Shown: one piece after another, positions 1-12,893 of the stretch | Numbering within the stretch: position 1 is the first letter of the stretch | Layout: every line of letters begins with the position of its first letter | NCBI GenBank assembly: GCA_025603075.1 | Contig: MU626296.1 | Location: 1-64,000 of the forward strand | Source of the DNA: Neoconidiobolus thromboides FSU 785 | Lineage: Eukaryota; Fungi; Entomophthoromycota | DNA: 64,000 bases | Direction: 5' to 3' | Made by a program: the position numbers and the translations under genes | The notes under the pieces: model-generated | Seen by the model: only the letters and a program-made list of their open reading frames with translations | Told to the model about the DNA's origin: nothing | The model's database searches: none

Positions 1-2
1 AA

Positions 3-1151
3 AACAAGTTTAATGATGAATATCAGGTTATCAAAGTTGAACAAAATAGGAGATATAGAATAAGGATTATTGGAGCATTAGAAGTTATGTCAATAGCTTT
101 TATTATACCAAATCATAAGATAACTTTAATTGAAGTGGAAGGTACATATATTGAACCTTATCAAGTAAGTGAAGTACAAATTAATCCTGGACAGAGGGTA
201 TCGATAATTCTAGAAACAGATCAAGTTGTAGACAACTATATGATGTGTGCCAAATCACTTGGATCGAAAGATAGTACTTGTGATAGTGGTTTATCTATTT
301 TACATTATAAAGGAGCAAAAGATTATAAGGAACTACAAACAACATTTTACGATAAAGTGTATAAAGCACCTCCCATCACAAGATATGAAAAGGATTATTC
401 TACCAGTAAGTGGTATTTAAAAAGAAAGTTAAAACACTTTTACAATGTACCTAAAAAAGTCAACAAGAAAATTTATTTCAAAGTAGCTGAAGCAAGCGAT
501 GTTAATAAAGCTATTTATTTTACAATGGATGGAAAAAGGGTATCAAAAGATAATAGTACTTTATGGACTGAAGTAGTAGATAGGACATACATACCATATC
601 AACAGAATTCACAAGGAATTGTAGATATTAGGGAAGGTGACAATGTACAAATTGTTATTGAACACTTTGCTATGCGTAATAATAGTACAACTTGTATTAT
701 TCATCCATGGCATTTACATGGTCATTCATATTATGTTGTTGGTTATGGAAAAGATGGGTTTACAGCCAATAATCAAAAAGAAATTGAAGAAAATTTAAGA
801 TACAATGATAAAATCCCAATTTTAAGAGATACCTTTGTTCATTACCCAGATATTGTAGATCAGAGTCAATTACAAGCTAAAGCATTTAATTTAAGGTTAC
901 CTCATTTAAGGATTGGGTTTTCAGAAAGACAGAATTTCAATAAGGTTTTACCAAATATTAATATTCAAGAGAATCCAGAACAATATGTCTCTTGCGGTTG
1001 GTATGCAATTCGATTCATCGCTAATAATCCAGGATCTTGGTATATGCATTGTCATATTACGCCTCATTTACTTATGGGAAAGTATCATATTATTAATGAG
1101 TTACCTAAAAGTTATTATATAAATAAGCACAAACAGAAATGGAAGAGATAA
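3..1151 (+). CDS. Multicopper oxidase (laccase/ascorbate-oxidase-like), 5' truncated by the window edge
   Basis: Copper motifs HPWHLHG and WYMHCHITPHLLMG. The frame is open from position 3 (NKFNDEYQVIKVEQNRRYRIRIIGALEVMS), matching the paralog at 19290-21067, so the Met at 87 is internal. Confidence 0.93.
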   Translation, partial: NKFNDEYQVIKVEQNRRYRIRIIGALEVMSIAFIIPNHKITLIEVEGTYIEPYQVSEVQINPGQRVSIILETDQVVDNYMMCAKSLGSKDSTCDSGLSILHYKGAKDYKELQTTFYDKVYKAPPITRYEKDYSTSKWYLKRKLKHFYNVPKKVNKKIYFKVAEASDVNKAIYFTMDGKRVSKDNSTLWTEVVDRTYIPYQQNSQGIVDIREGDNVQIVIEHFAMRNNSTTCIIHPWHLHGHSYYVVGYGKDGFTANNQKEIEENLRYNDKIPILRDTFVHYPDIVDQSQLQAKAFNLRLPHLRIGFSERQNFNKVLPNINIQENPEQYVSCGWYAIRFIANNPGSWYMHCHITPHLLMGKYHIINELPKSYYINKHKQKWKR

Positions 1152-2171
1152 AGCCTTTTTATGTTAAATCGTTTTTGATTATAATTTTAATTATTATAAC
1201 TTATCTATTATATTTATAGCTGTTGGTTTATTTATTAGAATAAATTCTTAATCTAGTGTTTATTTATAAGTACATGAAAATTATAAAAATTGAAAACTTT
1301 ATATCTAAAAGAAAATTACAACTAAAATATTTTATTTTTAGATAATAAAGCCACTAAATAATTGACAAAGGATACTAAACTTAGTAAGTGGAATACTAAT
1401 AAAGTCCATATTTGTAAAATCTAAAAAAATATTTTAAAAAATGGAATATTGGAAGGTTCTTTGTAAAATAGTTTAAATTCTTTAAAACCATATTAAATTA
1501 TAATGAAATGACATTAAGTAACCTAAATTTAAATGACTTTCAATTTCTCAGTTTTATAATTCATTATAATGTATATATATTACTATATTTCAATAAAATC
1601 AATCTAATCCATTTAACATATTATATAATCTACTCTAGAAAAGGGCCTAGAAATGTTGTTATATTGATCAAAAATTAAACTTTTCATATCTATATTCACA
1701 TTTAAAAGAGTTAGCAGTATACTATCAAACTAAAAAGAAGCATTAATAACTTATCAAACTAAAACTATTTTAAATCATAAAAAACGAAATTATTTTAAAC
1801 TCTTATTATTGAGATTAAAAAACTAAATTGCTTTTTTATATTATTAATATATATATAATATAATAATCTTAATAATAAATCATTCTTATTTTTTAAAACT
1901 TGACATAATCTATAGAACATAATAGCTTTTTGATTATGTCACTTTAAGTAAAAATTCCAATAATGAGTTTATTAATTTGATTAACAAAAAAGTAAGAAAC
2001 CAGATTTAACCAAAAATTCAAACCTATTTTTAACATAATATAAAAAGAAGGGAGTTAATAAGGGATGATTTCAAACTTCGTCATCAAAAAAGTGGGTTAT
2101 GTGGATGAGAATAAAGTATATAAACATAAACAATGACAAAAAGAGAATAAAGAATTTAAAAATAGTCAAAA

Positions 2172-3848
2172 ATGCCATTAGCAGGTCAAGTGAAAGCGGA
2201 TGAAGTCTTAGAAAAAGCTCGTGAAAAGCGAGTTGTTGATAAAGGATCAAAGTTACAAAATTTTGCCTATGCTTCTCGTTATCAAGCTCGAGAGATCCCT
2301 AAATTCAGGATGCCCGAGGAGGGAGTCGATCCTAAAGCAGCTTATCGTATTGTTCATGATGAAATGATGTTGGATGGTAAACCAGAATTAAATTGTGCTA
2401 CTTTTTTAACGGGATGGATGGAACCTGAAGCGGATCAATTAATTCAAGAAAATATCAATAAGAATTTTGTAGATGCCGATGGTTTTCCTTCTTCTATGAT
2501 CTTACATGAACGTTGTATCTCCATGTTAGCTAATTTATGGAAAGTTCCTAATGGTAGTCAAGCTATTGGTACTGTATGTGGTGGTTCGAGCGAAGGTGTT
2601 ATCCTTGGTGGTTTAGCTATGAAATGGGCTTGGAAGCAAAGAATGAAAGATGCTGGTAAAGATGTTTCAAAACCTAATGTAGTATTTGGTGCTAATGCTC
2701 ATGCTTGTATTGAGAAATTTGCTCGTTTCTTTGATGTTGAAGCACGTATTGTACCAGTTAAAAAGGAACATAACTTTGTGATGAATGCTAAAGATTGTGT
2801 TAAATTTATTGATGAAAATACTATTGGTGTTTATTCTATTTTAGGTTCCACCTATACTGGTCATTATGAAGATGTAGAAGCTCTTTCTAAAGAATTAGAT
2901 GATTATGAAAAGAAAACTGGTATTCATGTACCTATTCACGTTGATGGCGCTTCTGGTGCTTTTGTTGCTCCATTTGCTACACCAGATCTTAAATGGAGTT
3001 TTGATCTCCCAAGGGTAGTTAGTATCAATGCCTCTGGTCATAAATATGGTTTAGTTTATGCTGGATTAGGATGGGTTGTATGGAAAAATAAAGATCTTTT
3101 ACACAAAGATCTTATTTTTGAAATGCACTATTTAGGTGTAACTGAATACTCCTTTTCTCTCAACTTTTCAAGACCTTCCTCTCATTTAATTGCTCAATAT
3201 TATAACTTTATTCGTTTAGGTAAAGAAGGATATAAAAGAATCATGTTAGATAATTTACATAATGCTCGTTATTTATCTCGTGCCCTTGAACAATCTGGAT
3301 ATTTCTCTGTTGTATCTGATGTCCATCGTTTAAAAGGAAAACATGGTATTGAAGCTGAAAATGATACTAAGTCTTATAAAATTGAGCAATTGAATGTTGG
3401 TTTACCATTGGTAGCTTTTAAGCTCTCTGAAAAATTTTTAAAGGAATTCCCACATATTTCAGTATCAGATGTATCTGGATTAGCACGTACTAAAGGTTGG
3501 CTTATTCCGAATTATAATTTACCAAAAGATTGTGAAGATACTAAAATATTAAGAATAGTGGTTAAAGAATCTTTTTCTGAAGAAATAATTGATCGATTAG
3601 TTGAAGACATTATTGCAGCTGTCAATACTTTACAAGTGAAATGTGCTAACGGTAATGGTTTAATTGCTACTAATCAATCAGGTCATCCATCAGATTCAAT
3701 TTTTGAAATTATGGGTGAAATGTCCAATGATTCTCCATTTTTAACTAAAAAATTTGAAGTTAGTGCAAGCAAACGTAAAGCAAGTAAAAAATCCAATGAT
3801 GAGAAGCCTAAACCTAAACGTAGCAATACATTTTCATCGGTTTGTTAA
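2172..3848 (+). CDS. GAD1: Glutamate decarboxylase (PLP-dependent), intronless
   Basis: 558 aa. LDGKPELNCATF, IHVDGASG and the PLP-lysine motif SINASGHKYG; basic C-terminal extension ending SSVC. Confidence 0.95.
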   Translation: MPLAGQVKADEVLEKAREKRVVDKGSKLQNFAYASRYQAREIPKFRMPEEGVDPKAAYRIVHDEMMLDGKPELNCATFLTGWMEPEADQLIQENINKNFVDADGFPSSMILHERCISMLANLWKVPNGSQAIGTVCGGSSEGVILGGLAMKWAWKQRMKDAGKDVSKPNVVFGANAHACIEKFARFFDVEARIVPVKKEHNFVMNAKDCVKFIDENTIGVYSILGSTYTGHYEDVEALSKELDDYEKKTGIHVPIHVDGASGAFVAPFATPDLKWSFDLPRVVSINASGHKYGLVYAGLGWVVWKNKDLLHKDLIFEMHYLGVTEYSFSLNFSRPSSHLIAQYYNFIRLGKEGYKRIMLDNLHNARYLSRALEQSGYFSVVSDVHRLKGKHGIEAENDTKSYKIEQLNVGLPLVAFKLSEKFLKEFPHISVSDVSGLARTKGWLIPNYNLPKDCEDTKILRIVVKESFSEEIIDRLVEDIIAAVNTLQVKCANGNGLIATNQSGHPSDSIFEIMGEMSNDSPFLTKKFEVSASKRKASKKSNDEKPKPKRSNTFSSVC

Positions 3849-3947
3849 ATTATATGCTTTTATTTAAAATAAATAAGAGAAGCTTTTATTTAAAAAATTA
3901 CCATTTTTGGAATTTTCTTGAAATTCAAATTTAAATCTAAGTTGAAT

Positions 3948-4000
3948 TCTTTTTTCTTTTTTCTTTTTTCTTTTTTCTTTTTTCTTTTCTTTCTTTTTTC
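3948..4000. repeat. T/C-rich low-complexity tract immediately upstream of the FSH1 ATG
   Basis: Repeated ttttttc/ttttc units. Confidence 0.7.
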
Positions 4001-4008
4001 TAAAAAAA

Positions 4009-4997
4009 ATGAGAATCTTATGTTTACCAGGTCATGCACAAAGTAAACAACAATTTCAAAGTAATAATTTAGGGGTGTTTCATTATTTTAAAGAAAAAGA
4101 AATAGAATATGGTAATATTTAATAATATAATAAATTAAAATTTTATTTAATTCATATTATTCTAGATATCTTACAACCTTATCACCCTAATTTTAATGGT
4201 AATTTGGTTTTAGTTGAATTTTAATAATATTAAATTGATATTTAATTTATTTAATCTATTTAATCTTATTAGGGTAAACTTTAATATTAACTAATATTAA
4301 AGATAACTAATTATCAACTCATTCTATTATTAAACTCTTTAGAGAAAATAGTTATACATGGTATTATCAATTAAAAGATCAATCTGAATTATTAAATACT
4401 ACAAAACAACAGTCAATAAATTATATATTAAATTATTTGAATGAACAAGTAATTTACTTTATAAAAATACAAGATAGTTGTGACAAATATTAATTTTTTA
4501 TTAAGCCCTCATTTGATGCCATATTAGCATTTTCACAAGGTAAATTATTAATTATTAAAATATTAAAAATACAATTTTATATTCCTACTAATAACATTAA
4601 TAAGGTGGTGCTATGTTGAGTATTTTAAGCAACTTCATTCAATACTCAAAACAAAGTATTCATGAAGCTTTAATACAAGATTTAAAGATTAATAACAAAT
4701 TAACTTGGAAGTTAATTTTCTGTGGTAGTTATTTACCCGATCATTTAACAGTAATTAAACCTTTAAATTATCAAACATTACATATAATAGGTCAATCAGA
4801 TACTATTATTTTACCAGGTAAATAATTATAATATTAACAAATAAATTAAATAAATAAATTAAATATTAATAATAGAAAGATCTTTAATTTTAAGTCAACA
4901 ATATATAAATTCTCAAGTACTTTATCATAATGGTAGTCATTCTATCCCCTATCAATCTAATGAATTACATCAATTATATAATTTTTTATTAATTTAA
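4009..4997 (+). CDS. FSH1: FSH1/OVCA2-family serine hydrolase, multi-exon
   Basis: ATG at 4009 gives MRILCLPGHAQS. Spliced nucleophile motif AFSQGGAM, then HIIGQSDTII and last-exon HNGSHSIP. Stop at 4995-4997. Internal exon boundaries approximate. Confidence 0.8.
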
Positions 4998-6717
4998 TAT
5001 TCCACATCCCCTTCATCTTCATTACCATTGATGGGACTATCACTCACTCTCATAAGATTACTTTTCTTAATCCCCAATTCCCCATTATTATGATTCAATT
5101 TATTAAATGTTAAAGAATCACCAATCCATTCCCAAACATGATGATCATCCCCTTTAATATCTTTTTGATATTTTCTAATATTACTGTTATTTTCAATTAG
5201 TTGACATACTTGATTCCATATATATTGTCGTTGATTTATATCTTTATATTCCATAGTTAATAAATGGTCACGTAATAAATTAATCCCAATAGAATTCTCT
5301 GGATATTTACTAGGATTTTGTAGACTAAGATGATCCTATTAATAAGTATAAATTATTAGAAATTAAAACAAAACAAAATAAAATTCTATTTTTAGTAAAT
5401 AAATCTTACTCGATCAATTAACTCTTGAATTACTTGATGATATAATTGATTCACTTTCATTTTTTCATTACAGTAAATTTGATATTTATAATAAAAATAA
5501 ATTAATGCTGCCATTAAACAATTTAAAACTAAAAATAAAAACATATTAATAAAAACATATTAATAAAATATATTAATTATTAATTATTAATCACAAAAAT
5601 CTTATTTAAAATAAATTAAAACTTACATAATATTTCTTTATAGTATATTTTCATCCATTTTAAATAAATTAGTTTCAATTGACAATAAATGCTATATTTT
5701 TCAATTTTACTTTTAATCAAGATAATTTCTTGACCTTCTTTATTGATTATCGTTTTTTTTAAAATATCATCATCCACTAATAATTGTTGATAACTTTTTT
5801 CAAATAAGGTATTAAATTCCAACAAATCCGTATCATGTTTCTAAATATAAAATAAAAAAATAATTTATTATTAATAATAAAACATACTATTCCTTTTTCC
5901 AAGACTAATTTTTTAACATCATCAAATTTGAGATATTCTTCTCTCACAAACTTCTTTTCTCCATAACATTTTACCAGTCCAGCATTTTCTTTTAATTTCT
6001 CTAAACTTTTCAAATAGAGTTGATTTATTTTTAATACTTGACTTAAATCAATAACACAACTTGCTGATAAAGGGAACAATTTACTATTCATTGGATGAGG
6101 TAAAAGGATGTAACCCTTTTTACAATATTGAATTTGATGATTTTGACATACAGCATGTTTTGGACATGGGATGCAAGTAGGTAATAGGAAATCAAAATAA
6201 GATGGTTCTAAAGAAATTGATTAAGATTAATAAAATATTAAAAATTCATTTATTTTATATAGTTTAAATTTAAATTTAAATTTAAAATAACTTACTTTCT
6301 TTTACTTGTTTTTCACTATTGCAATAGCCTAATTGAATAGTATGATATCGATACCAAAGAAAGTAACTAGATAATATTAATAATAAACTTAAATTTAATA
6401 ATCGATTGAAAAAGGAATTATTAGTTTCTATTGTTTTTGGTGTAAATTTTAATCGTCCTTCAAAGGGAGAGGGTATTTTAGGGAGAATAATAGTAGATTC
6501 GTTACTTAAATTGGAATTAGACTCTTCTTCAATTTCATTTGTTTTAGTTAAAATAGATTCATATGAATTATTTGTTGTTGACTTTGTAGATCTATTTACT
6601 TTCTTTTTTACACTTGTTATTGGCTATAGTTTGTTATTAATTTAATAATTTAACTTAATTTAATTTAATTACTCTTTTTTTAATTCTTTCTCTTTGTTGA
6701 AATGGATTATCACTCAT
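4994..6717 (-). CDS. SRC1: Src1/Heh1/Man1-like inner nuclear membrane protein (MSC domain), multi-exon
   Basis: Manual translation: TM1 LLLILSSYFLWYRYHTIQLGYC, lumenal CIPCPKHAVC...CKKGYILLPHP, and C-terminal WNQVCQLIENNSNIR...VWEWIG. Start MSDNPFQQ at 6717. Confidence 0.82.
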
Positions 6718-6907
6718 CTTTTTATTTAAAATTCATTAAAAAAAGAATCTTAAATTTTTGTTTTTATCTTTAAATTATGATTTAAAAACTTAATGAAAAA
6801 TCGGCAAAAATTATGACATAATACAAAAATCGACATAATATAAAAGTAAGCATAACATCTAAATCAAATAATTTTATTTTAAAAAAGTATATAAAAAATT
6901 CGTTTCT

Positions 6908-8538
6908 TTATACTCTCTTATAAAAATCCAAGGCTGTAAAATAGATAGTTATTAAATTTTCGAATTCTTTTTTACTTAATATTTCATCTTCTTTTTTTAA
7001 CTTTAAATTTAATCTTTTTGAAAATAAGTTAACTTTCTTTTTAGGTTGAATTAAATACTCTTTAAAAATTAGATTATCATTCAATAATCTTTCTAAAATT
7101 AATTCCAATTCTACCATAGTAATTAGTAGTTCTAAATTTTTATGTAATATTCTCTAAAAATAACAAATTAATAAATAATAAATTAATATTTAATTTATAT
7201 ATATTATAAAATATAGTAAATTTTACCTTACTAATACCTGGATAACGAAGAATTTGTTTACAAACAGCTAATTTATAGGTATTGTAAACATCCTTATTTT
7301 CTTTAAATTCATAATTTAACCATGGCTTTGGTAGAATTAAAATTCCATTTTCCTTCTCTTTCTCTTCCTCATTTTCTTCTTCTTCTTTTTCTTTTTGATT
7401 CTTATTAATTTTATTTCTTCTATTACCAATATATGTAGCCCATTTATCAAAATATTCATAACTTATAATTCGACTTATTTCACTACCAACAATATAAATT
7501 AATGGTGGGTTATATTTCAGTAATAAATTTAATCCCATTTCAATATTATTAATATTAATATTTTTAAAATATTTGATTATTAATGTTTTAGTTATACCAT
7601 TAACTTCAAATTGTTTTATAAATTCGTATATTAATTTTACTTCTTGTTGTAGTTGTTTATCTGAAATTGTTAATAAAAAGTTATTAATATTATGTTCAAT
7701 TGTTGGATTTTCTTTGACTTTTGATCTTTTATTACTATTAAGTGTCAATTCATTATCTTCTTCATTAATTCCACGTTTGATAATGAAATTATTTATATCT
7801 TCTTCATTATTACTAATAACATTATTATTATTAATATCAATATCTAAATTAAATTAAAATAAAATCAATATAAGAAAGTAATATAATTTAGTAATTTACC
7901 ATTATTTTCTAAATCTGAATTAAACTTTCCAATAAAATTTTCTTCTTTAACTTTTAATTTTTGATTAACAGATTTTATGTTAGCTTCATTGTTTCGAACT
8001 TCATCATTAATATTAATTATCGGCAATTCAAGTTCAATCTAAAATAAAATAAAATATTAAAGATTATTATGTACTATTCTTAATCTTACCTTATTTTCAG
8101 CAATTAAAGATAATAATACTAACATATTTGATGGAGTTACTAAAGGAGTAATAATAAATTCCATTTTTTTTTGTTGATTTATCTTATTCACCAACTCATT
8201 ATAATAATTTTTTCCTAATTCAATTAACTTTTTTGGAAATGTATTATTTAAACATAATATAAATTTGTCACTTAATATATAGTCTAATTTTTTACCCGGC
8301 ATTTGTCGATGCATTTGTTGAATTAATTCATTTTCATATAATTGATTACTTATTCTTTTAGTATTACATATTACATTTTTAGAAACTAATTGTTTAATGG
8401 CTATTTCTGTTAATTGAGGATCTAAACTTAATAATAATGGTGTTAATCTATTCATAAAATCGAAACTATTTTTATCCATTAATAATATAATTCGTATAAT
8501 TCCTAAAGTTAATTCTAAACTTGGATTAATTTTAATTA

Positions 8539-8605
<67 letters not shown>

Positions 8606-11600
8606 TATTGTTAATTGTTGACATAAATTAGCAGTTGGATCATCTAAATTAAAAGTACCAAATGAAGAATACATATTAAAATTCATTAAAGCTACATTCT
8701 TTGCTAATAAAGAAGCAGTATCAGATGTTTCAATAAAATAATTTAATGTGCTTAAATTAAATGGTAATGGATTTTTAATTTTAGATATTAAATTAGGTAA
8801 TTTAAATTCCATTATTTGTTTTATATTATAATTAGATTGAATTTCATTATTATAATAATATGTTTCTTTTTGATCAAATAAATTTAATACTCGATGTAAA
8901 TTAATATTGTAATTTTCATTAATCTCTTGAATACTTGATGGCAAAGGTTTAAATGAAGCTAATTGTTCTTTTTGTTGATAAGTTTTTAATTTAGACTCAA
9001 AATACTTAAATTGTTCTTGAAAATTAAAATTTAAAGCAATCTTATTAGGTAAATAAGAATAAGGATCCTTTTCTTTTGGGTTTATAGGCTGATGTATAAT
9101 TTCTTCTCCTTCTCCTTCTGTGAATTCTTTTTCAATCAAAGTTTTATCTTTTACTCCTTCAATATAAATTTGTTTCCAAATTTCCATTAATTTTAATAAT
9201 TCAAGTTGATATTTTTGTTTATTTAAAGTAGATTTCAACCAAGTTCGAACTGCACTTTTTGAAAACTTTGGAAAAAAATATTGTAATGGAAATGAATAAT
9301 TTATTCTTTCTTTATGAAATCGAAATTGTAATATCGTTACTCCTAATAAAATTTGCTCAATTGTAAACTCTGTTGTTGGTCTTATTCGTTGATATTCTAC
9401 TTGATATTGATCAAAATAATTTTGATTTAATAATTCTAATTCTTCTTCATTGTTAAATTCCATATCATTTAAATCTATATTATTAAATTTCTTTGACGTT
9501 CTCTTTTTCTTTTTTTCCTTGTTATTTATTATTTCATTATTATTATTGTTATTACTGAAATCTAATACTTTCTTGATCAATTGACTTTCCTTTAACTTCT
9601 TCTTAATATTATCAGAATTATCAATTGATTTAAACTTCTTTTCTAATATATAATAATATGATCGAATATTGGCTGTGGGTATCTTTAAGGTATCTGCTAA
9701 CTCATTTATTTTATTACTATCATTCAAAGGAGTAATCTTACGTCGAATATCAATATAAGAATTAAGTACTCCTCTTTCAAATACATTAAATGTATATTTT
9801 TGGGTCCAATTGTTAGCTGTATTTAACCAAATTTTTATTTCTTCTTGACATCGTGTCATCTCACTTGTATCTTGTTCATAAAATACTTGATTTGCTTTAT
9901 TAACAACGTTCTCATTCTCTTTATTAACATTACTCTCTTTCTCATTTTCTTTATTTTTATCTTTACCTTCTTTTATCAAAGTTTCATTACCTGCGTGATA
10001 TTCTAAATCGGTCCAAAATAAGATTGCATCTTGAACTGTTTCTAAACAATATTGATTCATAACTTTTAAAATATCCATGACATGTTCATACTTATTTGGT
10101 AAATAATAAAAAAAGCTTACATGTTTATTTACTAATTCTTGTTTAACAATCTCATAATAAGGTTGATTAACTATCATTTGATCAAAATTATATAAATTAA
10201 CTTTAAATAATAAACCCATAGCTGTTAAATATTTGACTATTTTTAAGGTTTTTTTACATAAATTAGGTTGAATTAATTCCTTATATTTTTCTTTATCAAT
10301 ATCCTTTAATAATTTACTCCGATTTTCGCTCTTTCCACAATATTCTACTAAATCTTCATTTATATTAGAGATAGGCGTAATTGCCAATAAAACTTCCAAT
10401 TTTAACTCTTGAAAAAAAACTTGGGGAGGTAACAATCGTGTTTGCTGATATTTATCATCAAATAAAGATAAACATTCAATTAAATGAACATGTAGTGTTT
10501 TTATTCTCAATAATATTGTTTTCAATAACCCTAATTTCTGTCCTATTGTTAACCAATGATCGAAATTCGTTGCTGCTTCTAAAGTTGGTTTTTTAATTGT
10601 ATTTTCTTTACTCTCGTTTTTAACTAATTTTGTTAGTTTTTGAATTTTGTTCATACTATTAATGTAATCTACATCTTCTATGATGTTTCCTCTTTCTTTA
10701 TTTTCAAAATTATATATTACTTCTCTAACCAAAGGTCTCTTTGCTGTAAGGAACCTAGAATTATTGCAAACATCTTGAACAAAAGAATTAATAATTAATT
10801 GTTGATTATCAAATTCATATAAATGAATAATTGTTACATTTTCTGTTGTACCATTAAGATGAGGTACTTCTATTTCAAATTTCGCTACCTTTTTTTCTAA
10901 TTGTAGAGATTTGATACTATTCATTAATGTTTTTCGATCCAAATCTGATTTTATCCCATGAGATTTTAATTTTTGTTGAACTAAATTAAGTAATCTGACA
11001 TCAAATTTTATTATTTTATTTTCTTCAAGAACATCCAATAGCATTCGATTTCGTAATTCTTTTGTTAATGAATATATATTACCCCTTGCAATTTTCTTTG
11101 ATTTACTTGCTTTATTTTGTTCGCTTGATATATTTTCTTTATTTTGTTCACTAATAATTACATTTTCTTTAGTTCGCTCTGTTGTCTCATTCTCTTTTTT
11201 TTGTTCATTAGTAATGTTTGTATTTTCTTCTATCTGTTCCGATATGTTTTTGTTTTCCTCTGCTATATTTATATTGGATGAATTGATCGTATTTTTTTTA
11301 TTTTCAAATGCTTTTTTAGTAAAAAAGCGAAGCATCCTTTTCTTACCTTCAAATTCATATGCTTTTACACAAGGTGAAATATCATCATCTTCCTTTTCTT
11401 TTACTAATATTGATAATAAATTCAACAATATTCTTTCTGATAACCCCATCATTTTTTTGCTAATTTCCTATAAAAAATAAAATAGAAATAGAAATTATTA
11501 TCATTATTATAAATTAAAAATGACAACTTACCGAAGTAAGAATCCCCTTTTCTCCACTATCTTTAATGATTTGATAAATTTGATGTTCAAAGGGTAAATT

Positions 11601-12893
11601 AGGATGTAAATTTGAATCTTGAGAATTAATAGGTTCATTATAATTAATCTTCTCTGCAATTTTAATATCGGTATCAATATTAAAATCTTTTAGTTTTCTT
11701 ATACCATCTATTAATGTACCATTTTCTTTATGAATAGCAATATATTGAAGATACCCAATTCGAACCATATTTTGAATAATACGTCGAATTCGTTTACGAA
11801 ATACATAATTTTCATCATGGAGTTTCTATTGAATAAAATTAATAAACAATGATTATAATAAATATAATATAATACAACAAACTTACTAATTTTCTATAAA
11901 GATCTTTTAATGGAAATACTTCTTGTTGTTGGTCTTTGAAAAAAGAATGTATTGCTTTTTTGACACTTTGGTTTGAAATAGAGATATCAATATCATCATC
12001 ATTGACAATAAAATTATCTAAATTCTGTATTTCACCTTGTTCTAATTCAACATCATCATCCATATTAACTAAAAATATATTCCTTGATGCATAATAAGAA
12101 TGTAACTGTATATTTGTATAGCATGTTGTTTTCTTTTTTCTTACAATTGGATGACGTACACTAAAATATTTTTTATTTTTTATTTTTTATTATCAATTAA
12201 AACAAGAATATTATCATTAACTTACATCAGTCCCAAATTCACCAATTCTTTAACACGAGTAAATATAGTTTTAGCATCCTTTTTAAATACATCCGATAAA
12301 TCAGTAGTTAATACCCCTGAATAGCGATGTTTACAAATGTAATATAGTAACTCTTTCCATTCTTTGGTTACTTTTTCAGGCTATAAAGTAAAGTTAAAGC
12401 CAAATTTCCTTTTTTATTTAATAATTTTGATAGCTTACATCTACATTTTTGTAAATAATTTGATCCCTTATTTTTTCTTCAATAATTACAACTACAGCTG
12501 AATAACTTTTTTCTATTTCTTGATATGTATTTAATTTAAGTTGAGCGCTATCTGCCTACAGTATAAAAATTAAACGAAAAATGCCATTTCAACTCTATAA
12601 ACTATTGTAATTACCGTTTTTTCCTCATTTCCCAAGATCACTTGCTCCAAATTAACAAATTCTTTCCAAAACCAGGCTTTAAAGTCATCATCTATAATCA
12701 ATTCTTTTTCCACTATCTCTTTCTCTTCAAAGTCTTCAAACTCGACAATTTCATTTACTGATACCAGTTCTTTTTCATATTTTGGTTTTAACTCTTCAAC
12801 AAAGGACCAAAAAGTGGTTATATTGATACCATTACTACCACCTACCATACATATTTCACAAATTAAACTGGTTTGCCATTCCTTTAAGCGCAT
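6908..12893 (-). CDS. TFC3: RNA polymerase III factor TFIIIC B-block-binding subunit (Tfc3/Sfc3/GTF3C1-like), multi-exon
   Basis: N-terminus ICEICMVGGSNGINITTFWSFV. The exon at about 12230-12380 reads ELLYYICKHRYSGVLTTDLSDVFKKDAKTIFTRVKELVNLG (B-block TFIIIC-like). There is a 1131-aa central exon and C-terminal PKPW...ILRYPGISK. The minus-strand ORFs from 12893 to 6908 are collinear. Confidence 0.8.
8542..8604. repeat. (TTA)n microsatellite encoding a 21-residue poly-Asn tract in TFC3
   Basis: Uninterrupted trinucleotide run, read as N21 in the 8057-11452 ORF. Confidence 0.95.

Noticed and set aside
4994-12893. Adjacency of TFIIIC and an inner nuclear membrane tether gene
   Set aside because: Functionally suggestive (TFIIIC sites can associate with the nuclear periphery), but there is no sequence evidence that the linkage is more than chance.
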